Positions 48,726 to 61,800 of a stretch of DNA of 64,000 nucleotides are shown piece by piece. Each line of letters starts with the position of its first letter. The first letter of the stretch is position 1. Under the pieces are notes generated by a model. That model was not told the origin of the DNA. It worked only from the letters and a program-made list of their open reading frames with translations, and did no database searches. The position numbers and the translations under genes are program-made. The DNA comes from Amphiscolops sp. MND2022 (Eukaryota), in NCBI GenBank assembly GCA_964187785.1, contig OZ076417.1:61008001-61072000 (forward strand). Direction: 5' to 3'.

Positions 48726-50039
48726 CTTAAATGCGCTGCCAGTATTTTAGTAGTTCTAAAATTAATAGTTGAACGTTAATTTTAACGTTCGTCGCTCCGA
48801 GTCTGTCAAACAAAACGAGTGACTGTAATAGTCGAGCTCTTTTATTATTAAAAGCACCGACTAAAAATAGTTACTTTGTGGTCGTGTAGCGAAGTTACTT
48901 GCAAAGCTAAAACGAACTATCACTTACAATTGTTAAAAACAGAAACTCAATCGAATAAATAAATACATGAAATAATTACAAAAAGTGCCGTAAGACGCTT
49001 GAAATGCACAAATGCTGTACATGAAATCAATTAGGTGATGAAAATTAACGAAAGAATAACGAAAGTACTGGAGATAGTCCTCTATGCAAAAGATGTGGCT
49101 GCTTATTTCAAGTTCCGTTAAGTTCTTTCATGGAAAACGCTTTATTTATTGGTTCTTCTATCCAAGAACCTATTATTTTACCGGTTGAAATTTCATTTTC
49201 CGGGAGGACTTTGTGGTAAAGAAAACGTTCCCGTTACGTCTTTGCAATAGAATTCGTAAGTTTTTGTTGAATGTCTATGTAAACATTAAAAGGTTCAATG
49301 TTTCAAAAGCATCACCGCAAAGAAAGCACAGATGGTGTTGTACTAATTTTTGCTCTTTAAGTAGATAGCAACCCATCAAAAAGATGTGAGTGATGTTTTG
49401 TGAAAGGCCAGAAAATTGTTAACCTCCAGATTCATTTGACTAACTTGATTACTTTGTATGTAATCACTTGCAGTTTTTCGGATCCGAGAAGCGTTCCGCG
49501 GCCTTCATTTAATTCGATTAATTTTGCCGGAACTAATGAAGGTCTTCTGTTTTTGTATCTTTTGTTAATTCTATAATTTCGCCTCCCTGTTTAATTGAAT
49601 TGTTTTTGCTCGGATTCGGTAAACAGACGTTTCCTTCTACTTTCGATGTCTTTTTTCTCCTGTTCGAAGAAGCGGCTATTGAAAAGTTGCAGTCCTTTTT
49701 GCTTTTTTCTTGAAAAGCATTTTTCAGGTTCTTGAAGTTGTATGCAATGACGAAGTAGGATAAGTTTTCGAAATGTAAGCCCCAACTTCAAATGCTAGTG
49801 ACAAGAATGTCGGATTTTACATGGTGTTTTTACATCAACCAAATTGATTGATGAGGTCTTGGTTTAGTTGTTTTACTGAAGGTTTTCTCTAGAATTCGTG
49901 TCGGAGTCAATGTTTCAGTTTCGAAATAAAAGTTTCGATATTCAAAAATCTCGCTCTGTAGCTCTTGGACGGAAGTGCGTATTTAGACACTTTGCTGGAA
50001 AGTACTTTGAGTTTTCCGTTTATTACGGGATTTTTGCAT

Positions 50040-50370
50040 ATACAGGCCAAACTGTGACACCAGGTACTTCGATTTCTGATGAGTTTGAAAAAGAGGCAGG
50101 TTATTCGCCAAGAGAAGTCTTTTCTGGTTCGTTCGATTCTTTTTCAACCCGGCAAGATGAGCGGAATGCTGGGACTGAATCAGCTTTGATACACGTAGTG
50201 AGGTCATCTGCATAAGCAACTACGTTTTGATTATGAGCTGATTTTATTTCTGAATGTGTGTTCAATTGTCGAAGTGAAGTTTCTAAGCCGAAATTGAAAG
50301 GCAGCACTGATGCAGGACATCTCTGCCGTACTCTTATCTTGATTTGAATGTGGCGGTTTTATGGAGCCAT
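50040..50370 (-). pseudogene. Non-LTR retrotransposon (LINE) RT relic in a GAD intron
   Basis: Minus strand RVRQRCPASVLPFNFGLETSLRQL...VVAYADDLT, then after a frameshift GLKKNRTNQK...KYLV; this corresponds to the LINE GVRQGCPLSP...YADD...GLKIN..K...KYLG motifs. Confidence 0.75.
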
Positions 50371-52380
50371 CAATTACTATCTATGATGTAGATGATCAAC
50401 CGAATTCAACCGAATCATTTGATTCAATGCATGTTTTTAAAGATTTTCTACATGTGTTTTTCCAAATTTTTGGTACTTGAGAGCAAGGCATTGTCACTTA
50501 AAACTAGGAGAACGCTTCAAAGTAAAAACGTCATATGCGGGACCATAATGCTCTTTTTGCAATGTAGTGATCTCAATGAGCCCTAAAACAGCAATGCTTC
50601 TTCAATTTAGATGCTAGCGTCGTAGCGGACACTGTTTACCAACTTTACCTTGCGTTCCGTAACACGACACCACCACGCTAATTGTAGTACCAACTAGGCA
50701 TGATCAGTGACAACATCCGTGCGTGACCTTAACGCAATTCAATTGAAGAACGATTGTACTGCCACATGCATTGAGGGCAACCTTAGTGATTAAACTTTGG
50801 GGAATATGTTTAATGTTCAGGAAAAAACATGAAAAGGCGGCGAAATTTGGGAAGCAAGTTTCGTAAGTAAACGATGCAAATGTGTGCTTTTCTGGAATTT
50901 CGGTGAAAAAAGTTTAGAAATTTTTGTCTCACATATGTGTTAGGGCAGAAGGTATGTTGGATATCAGAACTTTGTTTGGTTGAATTTAAATGCATTTTTG
51001 TACTTTTTACTTGCCGTGATGCTTTGATGAGCTTTCCAAAAGCTCAAGTTTTTTTTAAATTTGTAATTGTTTAATCTCTTACAGAAAACAACCTTCAGGC
51101 AAACCCAAATGTACACCTTAACCTAATACTTGTAAATATTTTTATTCGATAAGTTGGTGATCTCTGAGTTAAAAGTAAATAAGAAGCTGAAACTTCTTTT
51201 GTGCAAATTTTATGGTGAACTTGACATCAGAACGTGATTTTTGAAAACATTGCATGAAACTGAAGCCAAGACATAAACGTAATTCTGCATTTTAGATTGT
51301 ATATTTTACAAACCTACTTGAACGGAAACGAGAAAGCATCTGAAGGATAACTCAGTTTAATTACTGAATCACTCACTTTCATCTAAAAATCATGAAAATC
51401 AAACCCAGAACAATTCAACAAAAACTCCTATTTATCCAGCGGCTGCAGGCAACAGGGTACCGGAAAGCGTCTTTAATGCTCCCTCAAAGGACATTGAGGT
51501 AACCTCTGGAACTACTTATAGTATGCAAAAAAACATGCATTTCAAAAGCATGGAAGTGAACAAGAATGACAGGCAGAATTGAGATGTGCCCAAATCACCC
51601 TTGTACATATAATCAAAGTTTTTTCCACTGGTCACCGCTGGAATCGGAATTGACTACCCATAAATGTCTCCGCCTACGCTGAAAAAAGCCGGTAGAACTG
51701 TTTTTTGAACTCTTACCCAAAATTTTGAAACTTTGGGTTTCTATTTGGTGAGATTTCATCCTGGAATAATAATCGTAGGATCAGTAGATCTGATCTTAAT
51801 GTCAGTAATGACGGTAAAATTGTGGCCAAGATGCTGGTAAGAGGGTGAACCAGGGTACACAAAAGATAAAGTGGTTTTTGGTGCAAACATTCTTCGATCC
51901 ACATATTTTCCATAAATGGGGGTGTCTGGAACTTCCATCACACTTTCGTAGTTCTCAGCGAAGTATTGGTAAGTAAAACAGCTCGACATGTTTAAAAGAT
52001 AAGCGGCGCTTTCTGTAGAGCAAGACTCTTTTTTGCCTCTGGTCAGACGTTTGCGGTCCGTCTGAGGTGTTGTGTTTTGTACGTAAACACTGCACCATTC
52101 GTTTCACAAAATAATATAGCACAGCTGCTAGATCTTTCGTCGTGGAGCATTTTGATTTGAACCTTCTAACCATCTTTGTTTTCGATGATATATTCTTGAC
52201 ATAACCCGACTTGCTACACCCGACCATGAAGCTTGGACCAAATGAGTTTAACTTGCAAGTAATATCTGCAAAGGAAAAAAGGAAAAACTTTTTAAGCTCT
52301 ATGCTCTACCAGAATTTCGTACTTATTTCTATACTCTGCCATTTTATATTTATCAGTTGGAGTTTTATGCTTAATGTAAT

Positions 52381-52840
52381 CAGAGTTGTAACCGGGTCAT
52401 GATTTTCTACCCGAAGCCCGGCCCGAGCCCGTTTCAAAAATCCTAACACGACCCGACATTTTTGAACATTTTCAATACCAGACGAAAATGCACGAAAACG
52501 AATTTGATACCCGAAACTAAATTGTAAATGATAATCAGCTATAAGCATAATGAGAATTCAAAAATCCCAGTTTTTACAACAATATTCAAACCCTCGACAT
52601 CAAACAGGTTTTGGCAGACATCTGGGCTATACGAGCTGTGCGAATAAGACAAGCTTGATTAAAATTTCGTTAACTTTGAGCAAATAAAAGGAATCAATTG
52701 CGAAAATTATATAGCTCAGGTTAATGTATAAATTTTGAATGTATTTTACGAATTGTTATACCCGGCCCGGAAAATTTTAAGCTCGAAAAAGCCCGGTTAT
52801 AAGCCCGCAGCATTTGATGACGTACTTGGTTCCAACTCTG
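52381..52840. mobile_element. hAT-type MITE (460 bp)
   Basis: TIR CAGAGTTG(T/G)AACC, degenerate 8-bp TSD AATGTAAT/ATTGTTAT, subterminal ACCCG/GCCCG repeats. Confidence 0.65.
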
Positions 52841-53080
52841 ATTGTTATATATCAATTTTAAATTCAAGTTTTTCTGTTTTTTTTTCCACTTAAGTTGTCG
52901 CTGTGCAATGATAGGTAGTTCATTGCAAAAACAGCATGACCTCAAATAACCCTTTGACTGATTTTTTTCGAATAGTGCTTCGAATAGATTATACTTAGTA
53001 ATAATAAAAGTGAATAAATTGTTTGTTAATTAGTGAATGCATTGACTACTACTCCTACTCCTACCACTACCACTACCAAC

Positions 53081-53170
53081 CTTGTGCAGCTTCTTGGTTC
53101 GCTTCTCGCCCTCCGGCAGGTCTCTGATTGATGCGGGGATGTACCAGAAACACACGTTCAGGAACTGCGG
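53081..53170 (-). CDS. GAD: Glutamate decarboxylase, penultimate coding exon (30 aa)
   Basis: TTTCAG | PQFLNVCFWYIPASIRDLPEGEKRTKKLHK | GTTGGT. The 90-nt phase-0 exon splices in frame to 48329 and matches human GAD PEHTNVCFWYIPQSLR...KLHK. It is missed by the ORF track. Confidence 0.9.
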
Positions 53171-53964
53171 CTGAAATCATACACTCAGTGTGACGTCACT
53201 ATTGATGACAGTATCAACGCATAACTCTGTCGAGAAGTCAAAGCAGTGATTTAGATGCTCCAAGCTTTGTCGTTGATTTGGGGGCGGTGGGTAACACGTT
53301 CGAATCTGAGTCAACTCACCATTGTTGGGCCTCACGCAAGTCCTTCATCCCTAGCTGAGTGGTATGGTCAGTGACAAAAAATAACGTATTTGGCGGAGAA
53401 AGCAAAACAAAAAGAGCAACGGTGAGCAATCAGACCTTTGTGACCTTGAGCAAGTCGCTTTGAAACCACAGCTTCAAGTTCACCATTACTTGACCACTTG
53501 GCTGCAAAAATGGTGGTACCATAGCTTGGTATCCGAAAGGGTGTCAACTCAGAGAAGCAGAATTTTTGTAAAATTTTTTGTCACCTCGGTCGGTTTGAAA
53601 AAAAAGAAACAACACGACGAAATGTCACCAAACTAGTCGCGTTTTATTTCATGAAGTGCTCACTAAAAGGTCAAACCTCAAACTTTCAAGTGCAAAAGTG
53701 CTTTTTAAGCTTTTCTCAGATTCAAACGTTTCACCTATGCAGTATTATTGAGAAGTTCCAACGAAAAGGTTTCACGGCAGAACTTTGTGCTTGTATTGTC
53801 TCCCACTTTCTCACCCATTTGCATATCTGTAGAAACGATTCGTTCATGCCCAGAGTGAAAAACTGAAACGGCGTTTTCAGTGTCTATTTCGAAGAAGACG
53901 CACCTATGTACTCGTTCCGTTCCCTCCTATTTGAGGGCTGCCCTACTAGTATGTATGTGTGTAT

Positions 53965-54082
53965 GGGGAAATGGTCATTTCGCCTAATGCCATTTCGCCT
54001 AAAGTCATTTCGCCTAACGTGTTTGGTCACTTCGCCTAATTTTTTTAGGCGAAACGTCTTTTACTTTGGTCACTTCGCCTAA
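53965..54082. repeat. Cluster of CA(T/C)TTCGCCTAA motifs (probable MITE end)
   Basis: Five direct copies and one inverted copy in 120 bp. Confidence 0.7.
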
Positions 54083-54693
54083 TTTTTTTTCAGAAACGTG
54101 AAAAACACATGAAATTTGTAAGATTTTTAGTTTTCCAGTAGCTTTAACTATTTGTTGAGAATAGCTCCACTACAACTCAATTAAACCCGTAGGTACCATG
54201 CACGAGACAAAGACTGGCTGAGTATCTACATAAATTTTTATTAACTCCGAAGAAGAGACGAATCAACTTAATCGAAGGCGGTGGGGGTAAGTGTGACAAG
54301 GAAATCACGATCTTTACAACTTTGCTATTTTTCCCTCTTTCAGGGGTTTGTCTCGCTACTCTTGGACTGTTGGAAATTATCTTTTCGCTGATGAAAAGAA
54401 GCAGGTTGAACTTTAATTACTATACATCAAATAAATAAGTCGAGTAATAGACACAAATACAATTTCACATCCACGAATAATAGAATGAATAGTATGATAA
54501 CATCGATAATAGCGGAGAATTTTACTGAGTATATTAGGAGGCATATTAGGAGGCATATAACACAAGAGAACAGTAAACAAGAATTTCAGCAAGGTTAAGT
54601 TTTTGTATCCGTAAGGATGGGGGTGATATCGAAGATATCGGAAGAATCAACTCGCCGCAAAATCTCTATCGGTCTTGGAGTGAAAACAACAAT

Positions 54694-54925
54694 CCGTGTA
54701 TTATCAGCCCACTTAGGCTTAAACCGTGTATTATCAGCCCACTTAGGCTTAACCGTGTATTATCAGCCCACTTAGGCTTAACCGTGTATTATCAGCCCAC
54801 TTAGGCTTAAACCGTGTATTATCAGCCCACTTAGGCTTAACCGTGTATTATCAGCCCACTTAGGCTCAACCGTGTATTATCAGCCCACTTAGGCTCAACC
54901 GTGTATTATCAGCCCACTTAGGCTC
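54694..54925 (+). repeat. Minisatellite, 8 x 29-30 bp (CCGTGTATTATCAGCCCACTTAGGCT(T/C)AA)
   Basis: Units start at 54694, 54724, 54753, 54782, 54812, 54841, 54870 and 54899; near identical. Confidence 0.95.
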
Positions 54926-57429
54926 TTTTACATGTAATACGATAGACCAGCAGTCCACCCTACTCCCGGGTCGAAATCCGTACTAGCGAAAAGCGGGGTA
55001 GCAACAAATCAGGCAACTTCAGGTTGTTAGGCTGAAGGCACGGGCTAACCGGCCAGACGAAGTAAATCTGCAATTTCGATAGTCCGGCGTCTGATGCGGG
55101 ATGCTATCGGACGCAAAGCAGCAAACCGTTCTCTAGATTTCAACTCACTTTGTGTGTCGCTAAAATGGCGCACACTTCGGCCTAAGTTACTTTTTCGGCA
55201 ATTTAGTCATATCATTATTCATAGTTTATCATCTTTCCTTTTTCGGGTTCTGACTAAGTGTTGAGCAATACAGTTTTTTCCTACTTCGGTACTGAAAGTT
55301 CATTAGAAGTACATTTTCTCAGCACGAGTCGGTCCTAGTTCCACCTCCTTGTCAATCATGACTGATGGTTTTACTTCGTTTTCAATAGAATTTAAGGTGT
55401 GGTGCTACTGACTCAGTGTTTCCCACTTTTGTAAGCACGACTTGAACTTCGGCTTACTGATTGACATTTGCACTTTTTGCCAGGTCTCTTTTTCTCACGC
55501 GGTTCCTGACAACTCTCTTCAGCTAAAAATGGCTGAAGGAAACAATTTTCTACAATTTACAATGACCTAAAACGCGATTTCAATTCATATCAAAAAAAGT
55601 CGATTTTCGTGTTACAACTTCTAAGGGCAAAAACAAGGTGTTCCGATCACGGGGGGCAAAAACCAAGTACACCATTTGAAAGTACAATTCAAGGGCTACA
55701 AAAGTTTACTCCATGGTTTTCTTTCTATTTCAACTCCTTCACAGTGAAAAACGCCTTTAAAATTTGGTAGTCAAAAATCACCCATCGGTTTTCACGCAAA
55801 TCTCAACTTTGGAGTGCTAGTACTCAGTCAATTTGAAAGATACAGGCTGGGGGCTTATATACATCGTTAGCCCAAGCCATTAGGAGTATTTTGCACTTTA
55901 GATGAGGTCTCTATCTTTTCTCAACAAAATTTGATAGTACTTTTTCTGAAAGTAGTCATTTTCCCGATTTTTATGTCTGGACTTTCAACTTTGGAGGCCA
56001 ATATCTCAAAACCAGGGCATTTTTCGGAAAAACGCTTCTGCTAAACGCTGTGCGCCTGGGTCTTGTGCGTCTACCCTGAAAGTTTCAGCTCGATATCGCC
56101 CAAAACGTGCGGGGGGGGGTCAGCATTTTGGTAGGTCGACATCCCTATCGGCAGAGAGAAATCACAACTTTAAATTCTTTGGGGTTCTTCGCTAGCGCAC
56201 CGCAGCACTCTATTTATTATTCTATTCACTCCTCCACTTCAATTCTCAACTACGCTGTGAAGGGGGCGGCTATTGTGCGCTTACACGTTGAGTACTAAGC
56301 GATAACATGCGAAAAACGGCTTTTTAGGCCATTTTAGGGCTGTTTTTAACGTTTGCTGGCTCAGTTCTCAAAAACTACTGAATATTATTTATTTTCCAAT
56401 TAACACAAGTTAGGGCATCCATTTATCTTTAATTTAAGCCATATCCGAACATTTTCTGACAACTGTAGCGATCACACGAAAATTTTAAAGGAAACTCAAT
56501 TTTGGAAAATCGTCAAAATTTTAAATGCACTTATTTTCAAAGCTTCCCCCCGATAGGTTCCCGGGGTCGCACAACGCTCATATTCTCAACTTAAGCTCTC
56601 CTTTGGATGGGCTTTTGCATGCTGAAAACCGTTTGTTGCTATCTTTTTTCATCTTCGAGAAATCGGGTTTTGATTTTTTATTTCTATTAAGAGGGGGGAT
56701 TAATTCAAAGTGTGCGGCGGCCGTTTTCTTATTAGCTACGCGTACAGCCACTCACAGCGCGTTCTAATTTTCATTCCTTTCGCTTTCTGACACGCTTAGG
56801 TGAGTTGCATTCTATGCTGTTCACGCACACAGCGGAGTTTTCACTCTCGCTTACCCTCAAACACATGTATTAACATAGTAATTTGACTAAATTTCTTTTC
56901 ACAGTATTTTATGACTTCTAATGCTTTTTCTGTGGAAATTCATTACTGAAAAGTTCTTAAATGTTTACTCAACACGTAGTCAGGTCAAAAAGGAACATTT
57001 TGGTGGTTTAATTTTTCTTATATTCGCAATAGGTATTGAGAAATTCAATGTTAAAGTTTCGTTCCGAATAGAATTTTCTTACATAGGTTTAGGTGGTGGC
57101 GGCCGTCTCACTGCATTAATACGTTGCGCGGTCGCTTCATAGCAGCTAAGAATGGTTGTTTTAGTTGTCCGCGAGACTAAAGACAATATTATTGACATTA
57201 AACAATAGTGTGAGGTACTTATTGTAATCTTTACTTTTATACGATATCACCCCGTAAAATCTACCTTGCTGATGAACTAAAATTTAATAAACACCAAATC
57301 ATGAGCGAAAAGTCAAAAATCCTACATTCCCCCCCACTTGGACTACTACTCTCCTGAGTAGTTGGTTTATTTAAATTTTATTCTTTTAGTAGGGGCGTTC
57401 TGATTCGTTAATTCGTAGTCCAGTCAGGT

Positions 57430-57854
57430 TGTAATGTAGCCTTGTTTCATCAACTTAATCTCTTTTATTTTGTAAACAAGTGCTTGAAATACAATGATAA
57501 CAATATAAAATCACTCACAGTCTATTAACAATTCTCTTAATTAAAGACAAAATCACTCTATTCCTTAAAATACATTAAATTCATCAAAATTTTCATTCAT
57601 TCTCACAATTTTCATCTTTTTTCAATCCAATATAAGATTTTGGGAGTGAAGTGTGGTCAATTTTAAAACAATCTCTTTTCTGTTATAACTAAGTTCTTTA
57701 CTGACTGGATTTCTTAGTTCATTCTCCTAAGTTTTAATATTTCAATATTTAATTCAATTTTCTGTCCAAGCAAGGAAAATATAGTTTTCGAGCTTTTCTT
57801 TGGGGCATATAAATACAGGGGGGGTTTAATGATTACGGATTTAATCTGGATACA
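57430..57854 (-). repeat. LTR-like segment (TGT...ACA, 425 bp) in the 3' untranslated part of element D
   Basis: The minus strand starts TGTATCC and ends CTACATTACA, with AATAAA ~35 nt from the end; no TSD and no adjacent PPT were found. Confidence 0.35.
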
Positions 57855-58872
57855 ATTATTCATTGTGAAAAAGGTTCGTCTCACGTGTAGGGTTCCGTAC
57901 TAGCGCTGGCAAGTTTTCTTCACACAAAATAGCCTTCGGATCATCTCGGGACATCTTGTCATCTCGTTGGTAGGGAGAGTGTTGAACTTCGTCGACGGCA
58001 ATGCTGCTGAGGTCGAGGCACACATCTTTGTCCAAAGTTCGCACAATTGTTGGTTGTTCTTTCAATCGACATATATAACATCCCACACAATATTAACACA
58101 CCCCAAAATTGTGATACTTCATTGAAGAGGAATACTTTTCACTTTTCTGAATAGCAGTCGAAGAGAAGTAGACTACTTCGCTGAGTTTACCTGAGACAGG
58201 TTGCAGAGTCAATACAACGGAATAAACGTGCAATCTCCCTTCGCAAGTCATTCGTGGCAAGAACTCAGTGTGACCGGTACTCAAATATCGCCATGAAGGG
58301 GAGATAATCTCTCTTCGGGATCTTCTTCAGTTAACGTACCGAGACTTGGTTAGCGATATTGTTTTGACATGTCATTTCTGCGATTTCGTAGTTACAAAAG
58401 GTCATTCGCGCGAACCTAGGCGGACAATCCTCATCGCTGGTTCCAAACGAGTTCTTACTTTTCACGCCGGTACCCGATTACGTCAACACAAATACTACAT
58501 TTACATAATCTTCCGACTATACTAGCGAGTCGAATGATTTAATCACGGGAAAAAAAATTTCCGGACAACACAACACATAGACATATAGAGGTTAAATACG
58601 GTTTTTTTTGTAAGTCAATCGAATTGATTGTAGGGACGATGACTACAATTTTCCAATTCTGGCGACTGAGGCAATTAGGTTAAGGCAAAACTAAATGAAG
58701 GAGAGCCGGTAGCGACACGGATGACACTACTTTTCGAACTCATCACCTCATGATTGACAGTCCGAGCTTACAAGTAATTCGATTAGTCATGCTCGCGAAC
58801 GGCTAATCGAATGATGAGCTTCACTACTTCGGATGATTCAACTCACCTGACCATCACCCGAAGACATTAATG

Positions 58873-61800
58873 TTATTTTGGCTTTACCACGTACTCGTCT
58901 ATGCCAAAGCGTACTGGCGGTCGACGATTCCGTGTCGTTTCGATTATCAGCGAATCTGAACGGTCACTTTCGCTGTCTTCCTCATCTGGAGAAGGCGGAG
59001 TATTTCTACTCTCGGGTATTTCTTCATCAACAGGAAATGAAGACTCCTCTGACGGTGCGGGGACGTCTATATACAACGGGCAATTATTCAGAGTAGTCTC
59101 TTCGTCGTTTTCGGCGCTTATCACGCGGGGAACGTCATGAAATGACACGTGCGGCCGGTTTTTATTGGCTTGGATTTCCGCCGAAGTAGGACGGAACACA
59201 TGATACGGTCTATTTTCGGTCTCTTGGTCGGATGAATCGGATTCATCTGCGACTTCTTCATAACTCGGAAGCGTTTTTGTCGCCACTCGTTCGGATCGTT
59301 TCGGGAGGGATTCGCCAAGATACGGTTTAGGACGATTAAAATGGATATTCTGCCACTTTTCCGGGCAACCTGGCTTGCAAATCTGATAGTTCACTTCACT
59401 GGTTTGACTCAATACTTCGTATGGCCCGTGCCAAGGGAGATGGAACTTTCGGGATTTCGCTTTGTGTGGCTCGAATAACCACACTCGGTCTCCTGTTTTA
59501 AAACTTTCTCCATGGACCTTTTTCTGATAATAATCCTTCTGACGACGTTGTTCTTTCCCCATAGTCAGTTGCGCATGACTATGTACTTCGAATAGTTTAT
59601 CACTCAACTCGGCTCCTACCTCGCCTAATTCTAAACGGGGGTCGCCAGGAGGTTTCGGATAGAATAAGTCGATCGGATATTGTGCTTCTCTCCCGTACAA
59701 CATCGAAAACGGGGTCGTACCGAGGGTCTTATGTACGGTGGTATTGTACACAAAATTGACGTGGGGCAAGTAGAGATCCCACTCCTGCGGTTTTTCGGCG
59801 CAATACTTAGAGATAGTATCGGCAATGACTCTATTGAACCTTTCTACTTGACCATTTCCTTGGGGATGATACGGAGAAGTCCTAGTTTTATCGATCATGA
59901 AAACTTGGCAAATATCTTTCATTACTTCACTGTTGAAGTTAGTTCCTTGATCCGTATGTAAAGTATCGGGAGCTCCAAATTTCAAAATCCACTCTTCGAC
60001 TAAAGTCGTGGCCACCGTCTTAGCCGTCATGTCTTTCAAAGGAACGGCAACCGCATACTTTGTATACAAATCGGATATAACTAAAATGTATCGCGCCTGT
60101 GACTTTTTCGCTAGCGTTACGGGTCCCAAGATATCTGCTGCAACAATACGAAACGGCGCCTTTGCTTCGATTGTTTGCAAATGAGCTTTTCGACCTTTTC
60201 CCGCCGTTGATCTAGCCGCGCAACGCGTGCATTTTGCAATGTACTTTTCTACACTTGACCTGAGACCAGGCCACCAAAATCTCTGTTTAATCCTTGATAA
60301 CGTTTTCTCGGCTGCAAAATGACCTCCGCTAAGAGGGGAGTCATGTAACTGATATAACACTTCGGCTCTCATAGTCGAAGGAACTACTGCCTGCCATATT
60401 TCACGTTCACGATTGCTAGGTTTCCATTTTCGATAAAGGACTCGATTGGCCAGCGCTAGCTGATCCCAATTACTCCAAAGTTCTAACGCCTCTGGACAAC
60501 TCCATTCTAATGCTACTTCTCTGGGGATGGGGTTGGGCCCTAAATCTTCCAATGTACCATCTATCCGAATTCCACGTCTAACCATTTCACGGAATAGTAA
60601 TCCCGTACTACGATCCATTCTCTGACCATAAGCTAGGTCGCTATCCGATCTAGTCCATGAGATATGCCCCCCCACTTGCTCTGATGCTAACATTTCTTCA
60701 GGGGTAACGACGGAACAGGCGGAATCTACACTTGATGAACGCGGGGTACCTCGTCTTGCCGAAGTCGAAGGGTACAATTGCTCTTGGTCTCTCGGTGTAT
60801 ACACGGAGATCGTAAAATACGAATCTTGAAACACAACCTCTAGACAAATAGCTACATTCACCCACTCCAATTCGTCATCGACGCAACCTATTCTAGGCAT
60901 TGCAAGTTTGGAAATTCCATGGGAACTAGCATGTTCTTTCACTCTCAATAGACTTTCTTTTAATACATCGTATTTGGCAACTTCTCCTTTACAATGCTTG
61001 GTGATCAATATGTACAAATATCGTCCTTTTGTGACATCTCGGTACACTAGAAAGCCTCCAACACGATTTACCGACTCAGCAAGAGGGGGTAGATACGAAT
61101 ACGTTTTCACGAACGATTTCATGGGAGCAGTGGCTACTCTCATGTCGGCAGATACACACAAAACTAAGGAATCGGGGGATTCGAAAAAATCCCCTTCTCG
61201 ATAACGGACTACCTCCCTAGGTGGGTGAGAAATTTGCATTTTCAAATGCCGAGCTACATCCTCTGAGTTTTCCAATTTCTCACGAGCTTTGGTTCGGGCG
61301 GCTCGAAGATCGCGTTCGGCTTCAAACAAAGCACTATCAAATTTGGTGAAGTCGGGGATCGGTCCCCTTAACGCATCTTCTTCGCCGGGCAGCCATTGGG
61401 GTACGTCATTCGGTCGTCGACTAAGACCGTCCGCATTACAGTGTTTATCACCTGGACGATGTACTATTTGATAGTCATACTCCTGAAGTTTCTGAACCAT
61501 TCGAAAAGTCATTCCATCCGCATTTTGCCTAAACAACCATTGAAGACTTGCATGATCTGTGCGAATAATACATTTGGATCCATAAATGTACGGTCTGAAC
61601 CACTGGACGGCTTGAACTACACCTAGCGCTTCTCTTTTGGTTGTTGCATAATTTACCTCCGTTTTAGTTAGAACTCGCGACTCAAAGGCAATTGGATACT
61701 CTATCCCGTCGATCACTTGCGACAAAACTGCGCCGAGCGCCGTATCACTAGCATCGGTATCGATAATGAACGGAAGTTCAAAATTTGGAAATGCCAAAAT

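Noticed and set aside
51713-52227. Overlapping minus-strand ORFs in the GAD intron
   Set aside because: No recognisable motif or convincing splice signals; possibly a TE relic, but it cannot be named.
54694-54925. Interstitial telomere (TTAGGC within each unit)
   Set aside because: There is only one TTAGGC per 29-30-bp unit, not tandem hexamers.
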